Assembly: GCA_002269645.1 (NCBI GenBank)
Contig: NIVC01000663.1
Coordinates: forward strand, 1 to 64,000
From: Macrostomum lignano
Lineage: Eukaryota
Direction of reading: 5' to 3'
DNA length: 64,000 nucleotides
Shown here: positions 49,762-61,280 of the stretch, piece by piece
Layout: each line of letters begins with the position of its first letter
Numbering within the stretch: position 1 is the first letter of the stretch
Notes under the pieces: model-generated
What the model was told of the DNA's origin: nothing
Databases searched by the model: none
Seen by the model: the letters and a program-made list of their open reading frames with translations, nothing else
Translations under genes and position numbers: made by a program

Positions 49762-49884
49762 GGAAACATCACGGTGAGGCTGGGTGCCCAGCCAGACCGA
49801 GAGAACTCCAGCCAGACTCCTTACCTCGTCATCACGGTGATGGCATTCACGGATTCAACGCCGTCCAGGCAGGCTTTCAGCGTG
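49762..49884 (+). CDS. Cadherin exon 31 (GNITVRLGAQPDRE...)
   Basis: AGCAG acceptor, GTAAGT donor, phase 0-0. Confidence 0.88.
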
Positions 49885-50379
49885 GTAAGTGCTGCAGTTT
49901 GTTGTTTTGTTGTCAGTAGCAACAGTTCAAAATTTAAAATTGTGTTTCATAGCCTAAAAATGTAATAAAATATTGTCATCCGTGCCAATTTCAGTGCTTG
50001 GTAAGATGCTTAAATGCATATTAATTGTGTCTGTATGTTTTGTTACAACATTAACTAACCTTATATATTGCTGGTACGCATATCAATCCTTTATGAAATA
50101 AGCTGCTTAACCTGTTTAATATTTACATAAGTCTTCTATCTGCCTTCGTGAAGGGTTGTTTTGGTTGTAGACTTTTACTAACTATATCCACTGATTTCTT
50201 TTTGTGATGTACAGATGTTTAAAATTGATTCTAACTTGATCAACCTGATTCCATTGTTCAACACGCCATAAGCACACAAATCTTATGTCTAAGCAAACCA
50301 TAATTATATTGCTAAAGGCAATATACCTGAATACCTGGATACACTCATACCTCAGACCTGAATACACTGCAAACTCATC

Positions 50380-50865
50380 TTTAAACACTATAAACTCATT
50401 CCTAAACACACTATAAACTTATCTCTTAACACGCTATAAACCCATACTTAAACACACTATAAACACGTCTTTAAACACACAATAAACTCACCCTTAAGCA
50501 AACTTTAAACCTGCCTCCAAGCAAACTATAAACCCATACCTAAACACACTATAAACCCTTACCTAAACACACTATAAACTCATTGCCAAACACACTATAA
50601 ACCCAACTCTAAACACACTATAAACCCGTCTAAACACACTATAAACCCAGCCTTAAGCAAACTATAACCCATACCTAACACATTATAAAACCATACCTAA
50701 ACACACTATAAACACATTCCTAAACACACTATAAACCCATCTCTAAACACACTATAAACCCATACCTAAACACACTATAAACCCATAACTACCACACTAT
50801 AAACCCATCTTAAACACACTATAAACCCATCTTAAACACACTATAAACCCATCTTAAACACACTG
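50380..50865. repeat. Approximately 23-bp degenerate minisatellite TAAACACACTATAAACCCATC (intron 31)
   Basis: Direct reading. Confidence 0.88.
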
Positions 50866-50914
50866 ACCCCATCAAATCTTCACCATCAGAGCCCCGCATC
50901 TCCCCCTCCGGCAG

Positions 50915-51431
50915 GTCCTCGTAACGCTGACAGACGTCAACGACAACAGCCCCCAGTTCGCTGCCCCATCCTACACTTTTGCCGTTGTCGAAGAGCCCGC
51001 CCGGCTCCCCTTCAGCGTCGGTTTCGTGTCGGCCAGCGACGCAGATGCGGGCAGCAACGCTGCCGTCTTTTTCGCCATCCTCGGCGACACCAGCGGCCTG
51101 TTCGAGGTGGACTCCGGCACCGGGAAGATCACGGCGGTCAAACGGCTGAACAGGGAGGCGGCGGCCAGGTACACCTTCCAGGTGGTGGCGGCTGACGGCG
51201 GGTCGCCCGTTCGGTCGACCACAGTCGGCGTCGTTGTCCAGCTGGAGGATGTCAACGACAATCCCCCGAGTTTGCCGACGTTGGTCTCAGCGAATGTGAC
51301 AGAGGGCCTGCCGGCCGACACCTTGGTTACCATGGTAACGGCGTCGGATCCCGACATCGGACTCAATGCGACTGTCGGGTTCCGCCTGATCCAGACCGAG
51401 GTGCCGCCGATGTTCTACCTGCAGCCCGATG
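50915..51431 (+). CDS. Cadherin exon 32 (EC27-EC29)
   Basis: GGCAG acceptor, TDVNDNSP...LNRE...EDVNDNPP, donor GTGAGC, phase 0-1. Confidence 0.92.
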
Positions 51432-51461
51432 GTGAGCAGCTTGATAATATGTTGATTATCT

Positions 51462-51526
51462 GATTGATTGAATGATCTGATTGATTGATTGATTGGTTGG
51501 TTGATGGATTGATTGTTTGATTGATC

Positions 51527-51568
<42 letters not shown>

Positions 51569-51760
51569 ATTGCTTGATTGATCTGATTGATTGCTTGATT
51601 GATCTGATTGATTGATTGATTGGTTGATGGATTGATTGTTTGATTGATTGATTGATTGATTGTTTTATTGTTTGATTGCTTGATTGATCTGATTGATTGG
51701 TTGTTTTATTGTTTTATTGTTTTATTGTTTGATTGATTGATTGATTGATTGATTGACTGG
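51462..51760. repeat. (ATTG)n microsatellite (intron 32)
   Basis: Direct reading. Confidence 0.93.
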
Positions 51761-51989
51761 TTGCGTAATTTCGATTTTAATAAAATTACAGAAAACGTCA
51801 CAGTTGGTGAGATATCCCTTCAATATAGAGTTTTTCTTCTTCATAAAATCAATTTTTGTTCAGCCAGAAGTCACAGTGTGTGTACCGAATTCACAGCGAA
51901 AGCTTTGCACTGGAGTAGCAAAATAGGTTTGATTGTCCTCACATGCTCACCCACACGTGTGTGCTTTCACAATTCAAAACGCTTTTGCA

Positions 51990-52011
51990 ATAGATAGATA
52001 GATAGATAGAT

Positions 52012-52042
<31 letters not shown>

Positions 52043-52047
52043 AAGAT

Positions 52048-52117
<70 letters not shown>

Positions 52118-52118
52118 G
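51990..52118. repeat. (GATA)n microsatellite (intron 32)
   Basis: Direct reading. Confidence 0.96.
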
Positions 52119-52173
52119 TAAATATCCCCAACACGCTACTACTAGTAGGCCTCACCATGCAAAAACTGCCCAG

Positions 52174-53069
52174 GCGCCGGCAACGTCTCCGTGAAGACCC
52201 TGGGCAAGCTGGACTACGCTACCAAGAGCCTCTACAACCTCATCCTGATAGCCTACGACCTGGGCAACCCGTCGCTGTCGTCCACCGCCACTCTGTCGGC
52301 GACAGTCCAGCGCCTCGATCGCAGCGTGCCCAGGTTCGATTCCACATTCTACAATGCCAGCCTGCCGGACAATCTGGCTCCGGGTACGCCGGTGTTCGAC
52401 ATCCCCGCCAGCTCCACCGGGGTGGCCTTCAACTACAGCCTGGGCTCCAGTGGGAACGCCAACGGCGCTTTCGTCATCAACAGCCGGGGCCGGGTGAGCA
52501 CCAACCGCCTGCTGGGCAGCCTGCCGGCCCGGGTGTACACCCTCACGGTGACAGCCGGAGACTCAGTCGGCAACGAAGCCTCAACAACGCTGCAGCTGTG
52601 GCTGCTGGCCCCCAGCAGGGCCGTCTTTCCCGAGACCCGGCTCAGCCTCACCTGGCCCGAGAACAGCGGCCCCGGCTCTGCCGGAGGCCGGACCCTGATC
52701 TACGATTTCAGCACCACCGACGAGACGATGGGCCGCACCGTGCAGTATTCGATTGACACCTGCTCGATTGGCTCCTGTTCGGCCGTGTTCGAGCTGGACG
52801 GCGCCAGCGGACAGCTGTACCTGAAGGTCAGCCTCGACAGGGAGAGCGCGGCCAACTACAGCCTGGTTGTCAAGGCGACGCTGCCGGCTGCCCCAGCCAG
52901 CGGGCGCAGGCGGCGGGCGGCGGTGGCGCCGCCGGTCAGCGATTCGGCGACGCTAACGCTGGCGGTCGACGATGTCAACGACAATCCGCCAGCCTTCTCA
53001 GTGACCAGCCCCTACGGTGTCGGTCTGGTCATTGGCTCTCCGGTGAACAGCCTGGTGTACACCTTGCAG
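52174..53069 (+). CDS. Cadherin exon 33 (EC29-EC32; contains an RRRR insertion)
   Basis: CCCAG acceptor, LDY/LDRE/DVNDNPP motifs, donor GTGAGG, phase 1-0. Confidence 0.92.
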
Positions 53070-53199
53070 GTGAGGACGGCGGCTGGTGGGTACAGGTAGA
53101 TAAAGTAGGTACTGTGGCTCGGTAGATAAACGCGACAAACAAAAAAGGAAAGTTTTACAATAGTATAGACATAATATAATAAAACTAGATTCAACATAC

Positions 53200-53752
53200 A
53201 AAGTAGCCAAAGCAGACAAAGTAGGCAAACTAGACAAAGTAGAAGAAGTGGACAAAGTAGCAAAAATAGACAAAATTGGCAAAGTAGACAAAGTAGATGA
53301 AGTATACAAGGGTAGACAAAGTAGATGAAGTATACAAGGGTAGACAAAGTAGACAAGAGTAGACAAATTAGACAAAGTAAACAAAGCTGTAGAAAAAGTA
53401 GACAGAGTAGACAAAGTAGACAAGAGTAGACAAAATAAACAATAATAGACAAATTAGACATTGTAGGCAACTAAGTAGACAAAGTAGACAAAGTAAACAA
53501 AGCTGTAGACAAAGTAGACAGAGTATACAAAGTAGACAAGAGTAGACAAAATAAACAATAATAGACAAAGTAGACATAGTAGGCAACTAAGTAGACAAAG
53601 TAGACAAAGTAGACAAAGTAGACAAAGCAGATAATGTAGACAATACTAGACAAAGTAGACAAAGTAGATAAAGTAGACAAGAGTAGACAAAGTAGACAAA
53701 GTAGACTGAGTAGACAAAGTAGACTAGAGTAAACAAAGTTGACAAAGTAAAC
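53200..53752. repeat. 9-bp degenerate minisatellite GTAGACAAA (intron 33)
   Basis: Direct reading. Confidence 0.92.
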
Positions 53753-53785
53753 ATTACTCAGCCTGCGCACAAACATCCCAAACAG

Positions 53786-54136
53786 GCCACTGACAAAGAC
53801 GCCAACGCCACAATTCGATATTCGCTGACGAACGAGACCGATCGATTTTATGCGGACTCAGTCAGCGGCCAGTTGCGCACAAAGGTGATTTTCTCGTCAG
53901 CCGGCACGGTGCCTGTGCGCTGCCAGGCCACAGACGGGGCTTTTGTAACCGTCTTGGACCTGCTGGTGAGCCTGCTGACAGACTCCAGCCGGCTGGTGCT
54001 GACTGCTGGTATTGCGCCGGACAAATTCGGCCAGCACGAGTCTCTGATCCGGACGAATTTGTCCGGCCTGCTTGGAGCCGATCTGAGAATTGAGAAATTT
54101 GAGAGCGCCGTCAGCGGAATCGGGAGCGACGCCAAG
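53786..54136 (+). CDS. Cadherin exon 34 (last EC and N-terminal half of MAD)
   Basis: AACAG acceptor, ATDKD...QATDG, then a non-EC segment RLVLTAGIAPDKF..., donor GTGAGG. Confidence 0.9.
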
Positions 54137-54169
54137 GTGAGGGGGGAAGAGTCGGACTGAGATAGTATA

Positions 54170-54415
54170 GATATTGATTAGGTGCCTGGATATTGATTAG
54201 GTTCCTGGATATTGATTAGGTTCCTGGATATTGATTAGGTGCCTGGATATTGGTTTATGTGCCTGGATATTGATTAGGTGCCTGGATATTGATTGAGGTG
54301 TCTACATATTGATTAGTTGCCAGGATATTGATTATACCTGGATATTTATTGAGGTGCCTGGATATTGATTAAGGTGTCTGGATGTTGATTACGTGCCTGG
54401 ATATTGATTAGGTAC
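54170..54415. repeat. 20-bp minisatellite GGTGCCTGGATATTGATTA(G) (intron 34)
   Basis: Direct reading. Confidence 0.88.
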
Positions 54416-54628
54416 TTTGGTATAGTTACGAGCTTGGATACGCAAGAAAAAGTACCCAGATGTAGGTATTGTCGATCAAATTTAGACTGGATATAATTTT
54501 TGTTGCCTGCATCTTCCCAGTTGCTTTGGTAGATTGAGTAAACAAAATTGGACATTTTGAAAAGTTCTGAGATCATTCTGAAATATCGGTCCTAACGACG
54601 CGGAGTTTCCACCGCCCCATCACTCCAG

Positions 54629-55218
54629 GTGGACCCCGCCAAGACGGACGCCTACCTGTACGCCTACAACCCGAGCACGGGCGCTCTGCTCACCCAAGCC
54701 GACCTGCGCGCCCGAATTGAGGCCAAACGAGCCGAAATCGTCGCTTTCTTCGCCTCGCTCGGCGCCACATTCGACGGCGTCCGTTCGCCGTCGGACGCCG
54801 GCGTCAACGCTACGACAACAACGGCGACACCGGCTGTGTTGGCGAACGGCGGACTGAGCTCGGCCGAGGTGGCCCTCATCGTTCTCGGGGTGCTGTTTTT
54901 CCTGGCCGTCCTGGGCTGCATAGTCGTGCTGTGCTGGCTGTGCAAGCGGAAGGCGCAGCGGCGCAAGCGGATCCTGGCCGCCGGCGGGGACCGCGAAGGC
55001 ATCGTCGGCGCTTCCGGTTTGAAGGCCAACGGATCCACGACGGCTGCCGCGGCACCCGGGCCTCTGGCGGCGATGTACCAGGCCAACAATCCAGCCAATA
55101 GGGACTCAGATAGCGTCGTTGGCAACAGCCGGGAGCGTCTGGTTGCTAAGAAGGAAATCCACGGTTTGTACCAATCGGCTCCAAGCACAACGGATTCACT
55201 GAGAAGTGGCGACAATGT
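54629..55218 (+). CDS. Cadherin exon 35 (C-terminal half of MAD, TM helix 54869-54943, start of cytoplasmic tail)
   Basis: TCCAG acceptor; VALIVLGVLFFLAVLGCIVVLCWLC followed by KRKAQRRKR; donor GTGAGT at 55219, phase 2. Confidence 0.92.
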
Positions 55219-55409
55219 GTGAGTGTCAAGGGGATTGAGGCTTCAAATCCACGCTATTTTATTAGTCTATTAGTTTAGTTTGGGTCCGTTTCATGACGCT
55301 ACAATAAGAGTACTTTCACAAAAAAGTTTTTCTTTGGGTTGATTAATAAAAACGTCGGTGAATTTTCCGATTTAAGCATACAGTTTTGCGGCCTTGAAAA
55401 GGGAGTGCC

Positions 55410-56260
55410 CCCAGTCTGTGTGGCCTTGAAGATAGAACTTCCCTGTGCTGTGTGGCCTTGAAGATAGAACTTCCCTATGCTGTGTGGCCTTGAAGATAGA
55501 ACTTCCCTATGCTGTGTGGCCTTGAAGATAGAACTTCCCTGTGCTGTGTGGCCTTGAAGATAGAACTTCCCTGTGCTGTGTGGCCTTGAAGATAGAACTT
55601 CCCTGTGCTGTGTGGCCTTGAAGATAGAACTTCCCTGTGCTGTGTGGCCTTGAAGATAGAACTTCCCTGTGCTGTGTGGCCTTCAAGATAGAACTTCCCT
55701 GTGCTGTGTGGCCTTGAAGATAGAACTTCCCTATGCTGTGTGGCCTTGAAGATAGAACTTCCCTGTGCTGTGTGGCCTTGAAGATAGAACTTCCCTGTGC
55801 TGTGTGGCCTTGAAGATAGAACTTCCCTGTGCTGTGTGGCCTTGAAGATAGAACTTCCCTGTGCTGTGTGGCCTTGAAGATAGAACTTCCCTGTGCTGTG
55901 TGGCCTTGAAGATAGAACTTCCCTGTGCTGTGTGGCCTTGAAGATAGAACTTCCCTGTGCTGTGTGGCCTTGAAGATAGAACTTCCCTGTGCTGTGTGGC
56001 CTTGAAGATAGAACTTCCCTGTGCTGTGTGGCCTTGAAGATAGAACTTCCCTATGCTGTGTGGCCTTGAAGATAGAACTTCCCTGTGCTGTGTGGCCTTG
56101 AAGATGGAATTCCATGTCCTGTGTGGGCCTTGAAGATGGAGTTCCCCTGGTCTGTGTGGCCTTGAAGATAGAATTCCCCGGTTTGTGTGGCCTTGAAGAT
56201 GGAATTCTCTTGGTCTGTGTGGCCTTGAAGCTGGAATTCTCCTATCTGGATGGCCTTGAA
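55410..56260. repeat. 32-bp minisatellite CCCTGTGCTGTGTGGCCTTGAAGATAGAACTT (intron 35)
   Basis: Tandem periodicity of 32, decaying at the 3' end. Confidence 0.96.
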
Positions 56261-56485
56261 TATGGAAATGCCCTGGCCTGAGTGACATCGAGGAGTTAAT
56301 GCTCTCAGTCTGTGATCTTGAGGAGGAAATAACTTTACGAGACACTGTCTGTGACCTTGAGGGTAGGAAACAACCCATCAGTGACCTTGACAGTTCACTA
56401 AAAAGCTTTTTGCAACAGTTCGCATCGTTTTTAAAGTCGTAGTAGTTTCAATTTGTTTCCTTTTGATTGCACCCGCCACTTTCAG

Positions 56486-56524
56486 GACTCGATTCCACTT
56501 TACGGATTTCTACTTTGACGACAA
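56486..56524 (+). CDS. Candidate 39-nt cytoplasmic cassette exon (TRFHFTDFYFDD)
   Basis: CCACTTTCAG acceptor, GTAATT donor, phase 2-2, no stop. Confidence 0.55.
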
Positions 56525-56810
56525 GTAATTTTTGTGCCTGTAAACCCTCTTTGTTTTACTAGCAAGGCCCTTATTCTTATCTATCAAAACTTTACCGGCT
56601 TTATCAACTCTTTGCATAGAACTGTAACCGAAATCTGTTTGCTACCGCTGCCTATAGTGATAACTAAACACTATTTAAGTCTAATTTCCTACAGTATGAT
56701 CAATTTGAACTCAACAATTGCTTTTCCTTGTGTGCCTAATTGTGAACAAATGAGCTAATGTACTTTACCACTATACTTTACCATGTAGCGAGGCTACTCT
56801 TTCGGAATTT

Positions 56811-56941
56811 AAAATTCAAATTCGCACCAAAAGGTTTTTTGAACTGTATTATACTTGCATGTCAAAGCTAAACAGTGAAAGAATTGTTATAACGCATAAG
56901 GAGAACGAAAGATTTCTTGGTTTGGTGCGAATTTGAATTTT
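56811..56941. mobile_element. 131-bp segment with perfect 21-bp terminal inverted repeats (MITE-like or hairpin)
   Basis: AAAATTCAAATTCGCACCAAA 56811-56831 and its reverse complement 56921-56941. Confidence 0.4.
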
Positions 56942-57599
56942 TTTCTGCTAGCGAAGTGAAACTATCGCTTATTGTAGCTCTTTGTTTATTAATATCTATC
57001 GCTTCAAAATGATTATATTTACTTGGAAACGTAAATCTGATAGAGTTCTAACAAAACTTGGGGGACAACATGAATTTACAGCCGCACCTGGCCCCAGCTG
57101 CAGCCAGGCCTCACGTATATCGACCCCACCCAGGGAATCGATATTGGACTGACGTAATAACTCAAATATTGAACAAAAATTAACCATAGCTGTCACGTGA
57201 CAGCGATAAACTTTTTCTAAAAGGCTCGGGGCATGAATTTTTACTCTACTAGAATTAGAAAGGCATGGCTGATAACTTAAAATCAATTTTCCTTTGTCGT
57301 ATCGGAGTTTTTTGGCATGCTAACTAATATCATAAATTTTCACCTGTGGTTCATCTAAGAGTCCAAAGCACAGCAGGTTATTGTGGACTGCATGATTTCA
57401 AGGAGACAGAGGCTTAGAAAATTTTGTAAAAAATACGAGCGTTCGAGATAAATTTTATTTTCAATGTGTTGGTGACCGGCGGCTTAGTAATTTTAAAATA
57501 TATATAATATTCCTATTTTGTTTAAAATAGACTATAAACATTCTTTGTTAAACAAAATTCCTAATCGAAAGCCACACAAAATTTCCCACGGACCAACAG

Positions 57600-57773
57600 A
57601 GACGAGGACGGCAACCCCATCATCATTGTGAACAGCGGCCAGCAGCAGGACGAGATGCTGGAGGACGCCTGGCTGGCCGCCGCCACGAATCGCGAGCCGT
57701 CCGACGCGGCAGCGGCGTCCCCAGTCGATGCTTCAGCCGCTGTTCGACACGGCGATTCGCCTGCGATGCAAAT
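57600..57773 (+). CDS. Cadherin cytoplasmic exon (DEDGNPIIIVNSGQQQDEMLEDAWL...SPAMQ)
   Basis: AACAG acceptor, GTGAGC donor, phase 2-2, GC-rich coding-like island. Confidence 0.8.
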
Positions 57774-57864
57774 GTGAGCTGCTGTGCCCACTTCTATCAT
57801 GTGGGAAACAGATAGGGCAGGCTGTGTGCTAGCTGAGTCGTCCCCCAGCCCTTTATCCAGCTGC

Positions 57865-58100
57865 CCACCGTTTCCACTCCGACACCCACCCCACTCCTTC
57901 ACCCCACCCACTCCTCCCACCCCACTCCGACACCCGCCCCACTCCTACAACAAACCCTTTCCGACACCCACCCCACTCCGACACCCACCTCACTCCGACA
58001 CCCACCCCACTCCGACACCCACCCCACTCCGACACCCACCTCACTCCGACACCCACCCCACTCCGACACCCACCCCACTCCGACACCCACCCCACTCCAA
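57865..58100. repeat. C-rich 17/23-bp repeat CCACTCCGACACCCACC (inverted relative to 58455-58772 and 15383-15650)
   Basis: Direct reading. Confidence 0.92.
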
Positions 58101-58249
58101 GGTGCATGCAAAGCACTGTATTTATTCACTTCTAAACTGAAATCATGGCCCTTCATTCACTCAAACTCTACCATGTGTAATTGCATAATTCAAATGAAAA
58201 ATTTCATTGCATGATTTCAAATTTCCTAACGCGCTCATGCTTCTCACAG

Positions 58250-58328
58250 GAATGACCTTATAATGATGATATCAGCGCTTGGCAGGCTCCAGGTTACAAG
58301 CCTGGACGATGAGGAACAATTGCTATAG
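58250..58328 (+). CDS. Candidate alternative last (or poison) exon A: (M)NDLIMMISALGRLQVTSLDDEEQLL*
   Basis: Strong acceptor CTTCTCACAG; from this acceptor only the phase-2 frame is open; TAG 58326-58328; possible donor GTAGGT at 58334. Confidence 0.45.
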
Positions 58329-58454
58329 ATTCAGTAGGTGAAGTAGCGACCCAATTTTTTAGCGTTTAGACAGGTTATTTGAGGGTTGAAATTTTTTATG
58401 ACTTCATTTTGCTCTGTTTCATAATTGGTCAGGATTTTTTTTTGCTTTTTTGTG

Positions 58455-58772
58455 GGTGAAGGAGTCGGTGGGTGAGCGAGTGGGTTGGGTGAAGGAGTGG
58501 GGTGGGTGAAGGAGTCGGTGAGTGAGCGAGTGGGTTGGGTGAAGGAGTGGGGTGGGTGAAGGAGTGGGGTGGGTGAAGGAGTGGGGTGGGTGAAGGAGTG
58601 GGGTGGGTGAAGGAGTGGGGTGGGTGAAGGTGTGGGGTGGGTGTCGGAGTGGGGTGGGTGAATGAGTGGGGTGGGTGAAGGTGTGGGGTGGGTGAATGAG
58701 TGGGGTGGGTGAAGGAATGGGGTGAGTGAAGGAGTGGGGTGGGTGAAGGAGTGGGGTTGGTGAAGGAGTGAA
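58455..58772. repeat. G-rich 17-bp repeat GAAGGAGTGGGGTGGGT
   Basis: Direct reading. Confidence 0.92.
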
Positions 58773-59269
58773 GTGGATTTCAGATTGGAGTTTGTGTTGG
58801 ATCGGGTGGCTGAAATAAAGGTTTCTAAATAGCAAGATGTTTGTCATTATACCTCTGTGATTACACTTGAACTCGTATACAATTTTGAGATTTTTTTATT
58901 TAATATGCTCGTATTGAATACGTTAAAATTGAATATTTTAGGACTGAAATCGCTTAAGCTTCATAAGATCAGTAAGCCAAACAAAGAGGTTAAGCAACTG
59001 GGCACAAACAAGTACATTTTGCACTAAATTGTACACGGTGTTTGCAGACGTATTAAAAAAAGCTTTTTCGGTGCCGTAGATTAATGACACACTTTTACTA
59101 ATAAACTTATATTTATAAAGGTCTGGCTGGTCGACGGTTGCACACAGAATTTATTTTGAGAGAAACTGACTTAAGAATTACTAAGGTTATTTATAACAAT
59201 TGCGTCACCATCAGTCGCGCTTAGGGGAGGTTTGTGCGAGTCTCACCCATGAGGGCCAGCCCCCAAGGC

Positions 59270-59462
59270 ACTGAGAGTGTACATGCCTGAGAGTGTACAT
59301 GCCTGATAGTGTACATGCCTGAGAGTGTACATGCCTGAGAGTGTACATGCCTGATAGTGTACATGCCTGAGAGTGTACATGCCTGAGAGTGTACATGCCT
59401 GAGAGTGTACATGCCTGAGAGTGTACATGCCTGAGAGTGTACATGCCAGAGAGTGTACATCC
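59270..59462. repeat. 16-bp minisatellite GAGAGTGTACATGCCT inside a dispersed element also seen at about 42335-42390
   Basis: Direct reading; flanks match the intron-22 copy. Confidence 0.9.
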
Positions 59463-59714
59463 TGACGATTTGGAAGTCAGAGCTGCTGTACACCCTGTGT
59501 GAGTCTGTGTACGAGTGTGGGATAAGGAGTCGGCGCAATGGGCAGAATTACCGTCAGCGTCAGCGCTGGTTGAGGGACGATTTGTGTACCATTCTGGTAT
59601 CTTGCATGATGCACACTTACTCGCATGCGGAAGTGGCGGCACCAGCGTCGCCCTTCTTCACACAGTTCTCTCGCCAATACGCTCGTACTCACCTGCATTC
59701 ACTCATTTCGAAAG

Positions 59715-59907
59715 CTCCGTGCGCAGGCGCACGAACTCGCCGCCTCAGTCCGCGGCCATCGGGGCTGGCGGCTCCGCGCTGCCGCCGCTGACGCGACAGC
59801 CGCCGAGGCCGCCGCGGCCGCCACCGTCGCCGCTGGTCCTGTCCAGTCAGATGTCGTCTGGCGGCGGCGGCGGCGGCGACGGCAATTCCTGGGATCTGTC
59901 AGGTTGA
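59715..59907 (+). CDS. Candidate alternative exon B, Pro/Gly-rich (SVRRRTNSPPQ...PPRPPRPPPSP...WDLSG*)
   Basis: CATTTCGAAAG acceptor in phase 2, GC-rich coding-like sequence. Either terminal (TGA 59905-59907) or spliced on from a weak GTCAGG donor at 59898. Confidence 0.45.
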
Positions 59908-60044
59908 GAACTGCGGATCTGTGCCCAGATCACGTGATATTTGTGTTGTGCATGCCATTGAGTAGCAGCCGGTTTTACTCGATTGATATTGCTCTTCTGC
60001 ACACTTGCGCTTTCCCGGCACCTCTTTCTTGCTTAGTATAAATT

Positions 60045-60423
<379 letters not shown>

Positions 60424-60476
60424 ATAATTATTATAAATACAAGAACGGTGATGACTTCTCGCTCTAAACATTTCAG

Positions 60477-60657
60477 AAATTCACATCTAAGCGAATCCAT
60501 CACCGATGCTGGCCCGTCCTTCCCGATGAGGCGCCCAGACTCCAGTTGCGCCAATCTGCTGGAGGCCGCCCTTGACAGTTATTTGCCTCACAATCACAAA
60601 GCAGCCGACGGCATGACAGATCTGTACGCTGACAACAGTTTAAGCACTGCTTTGTGA
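60477..60657 (+). CDS. Cadherin last exon C ending ...DNSLSTAL* (class I PDZ-binding motif)
   Basis: TTTCAG acceptor in phase 2, compatible with the 57600-57773 exon; TGA stop; AATAAA 83 nt downstream. Confidence 0.72.
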
Positions 60658-60739
60658 GAGCTTCAATATCTTTAACACTTGCTTACGTATGTTGGCCCCG
60701 ATCTCGGGTTGCCCAAAAACCTCAAAGTTGCTCGCTTCA

Positions 60740-60745
60740 AATAAA
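60740..60745 (+). promoter_or_regulatory. Candidate polyadenylation signal AATAAA
   Basis: First canonical hexamer seen after the stop at 60657. Confidence 0.4.
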
Positions 60746-61280
60746 CTTCCCAAGACTCTTAACTGTGTAGAATTTTATCAACAGCTTTGATTTTAAATTT
60801 TTTCTGCGCTATTTAACTTCTTAATTGGATTTTATTCGACACGATTGCATGACAAACAAATTTGCTCACTCAGTTTCTAAGAAAATCGAATCGGCGCCAT
60901 CGGAGCTTTTTTGTAATTTTTGTTTTACTCGTTCTTTTTTATTTGTTATAGTAGTATCCGCGCACTTGAAAACAGAAGTAGCCTTCCCCGGTAGGTATAG
61001 GCTAGGGTGGCGCTTTTGCTATTTTGTTTAAGTTGAGCAATATTTTGTTTTACTCCAGTGATAACTTAAATTTGAAGCTATAATTCGGTTAACTGCTTAA
61101 GAGATTCTTTTTATCCGCTAATCACCGCTTCTGCACGCGAAAGGCTTTCAAATTTATTGTAGTGGCACAAATTAATAAATAAACAGAATGGATTATTTAA
61201 TATTCTATTAATTTTGTTTTTCAATTTCTGATTTATGATGTTTGTTTGGGCGTTTAATGTCGAGTTCAAATAGTTTCGAA

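Noticed and set aside
58256-58312. Alternative frame PYNDDISAWQAPGYKPGR in exon A
   Set aside because: Preceded by an in-frame TGA immediately after the acceptor and incompatible with the phase-2 donor at 57774.
58326-58333. Programmed stop-codon readthrough making exon A an 84-nt internal exon
   Set aside because: The TAG is followed by ATT, not a known readthrough context (CARYYA or TGA-CTAG). A terminal or poison exon, or a base error, is more parsimonious.
59666-59902. Phase 1-1 version of exon B (acceptor CACACAG at 59665, donor GTTGAG at 59903)
   Set aside because: The neighbouring exons are phase 2, so this version would frameshift unless further unseen exons exist.
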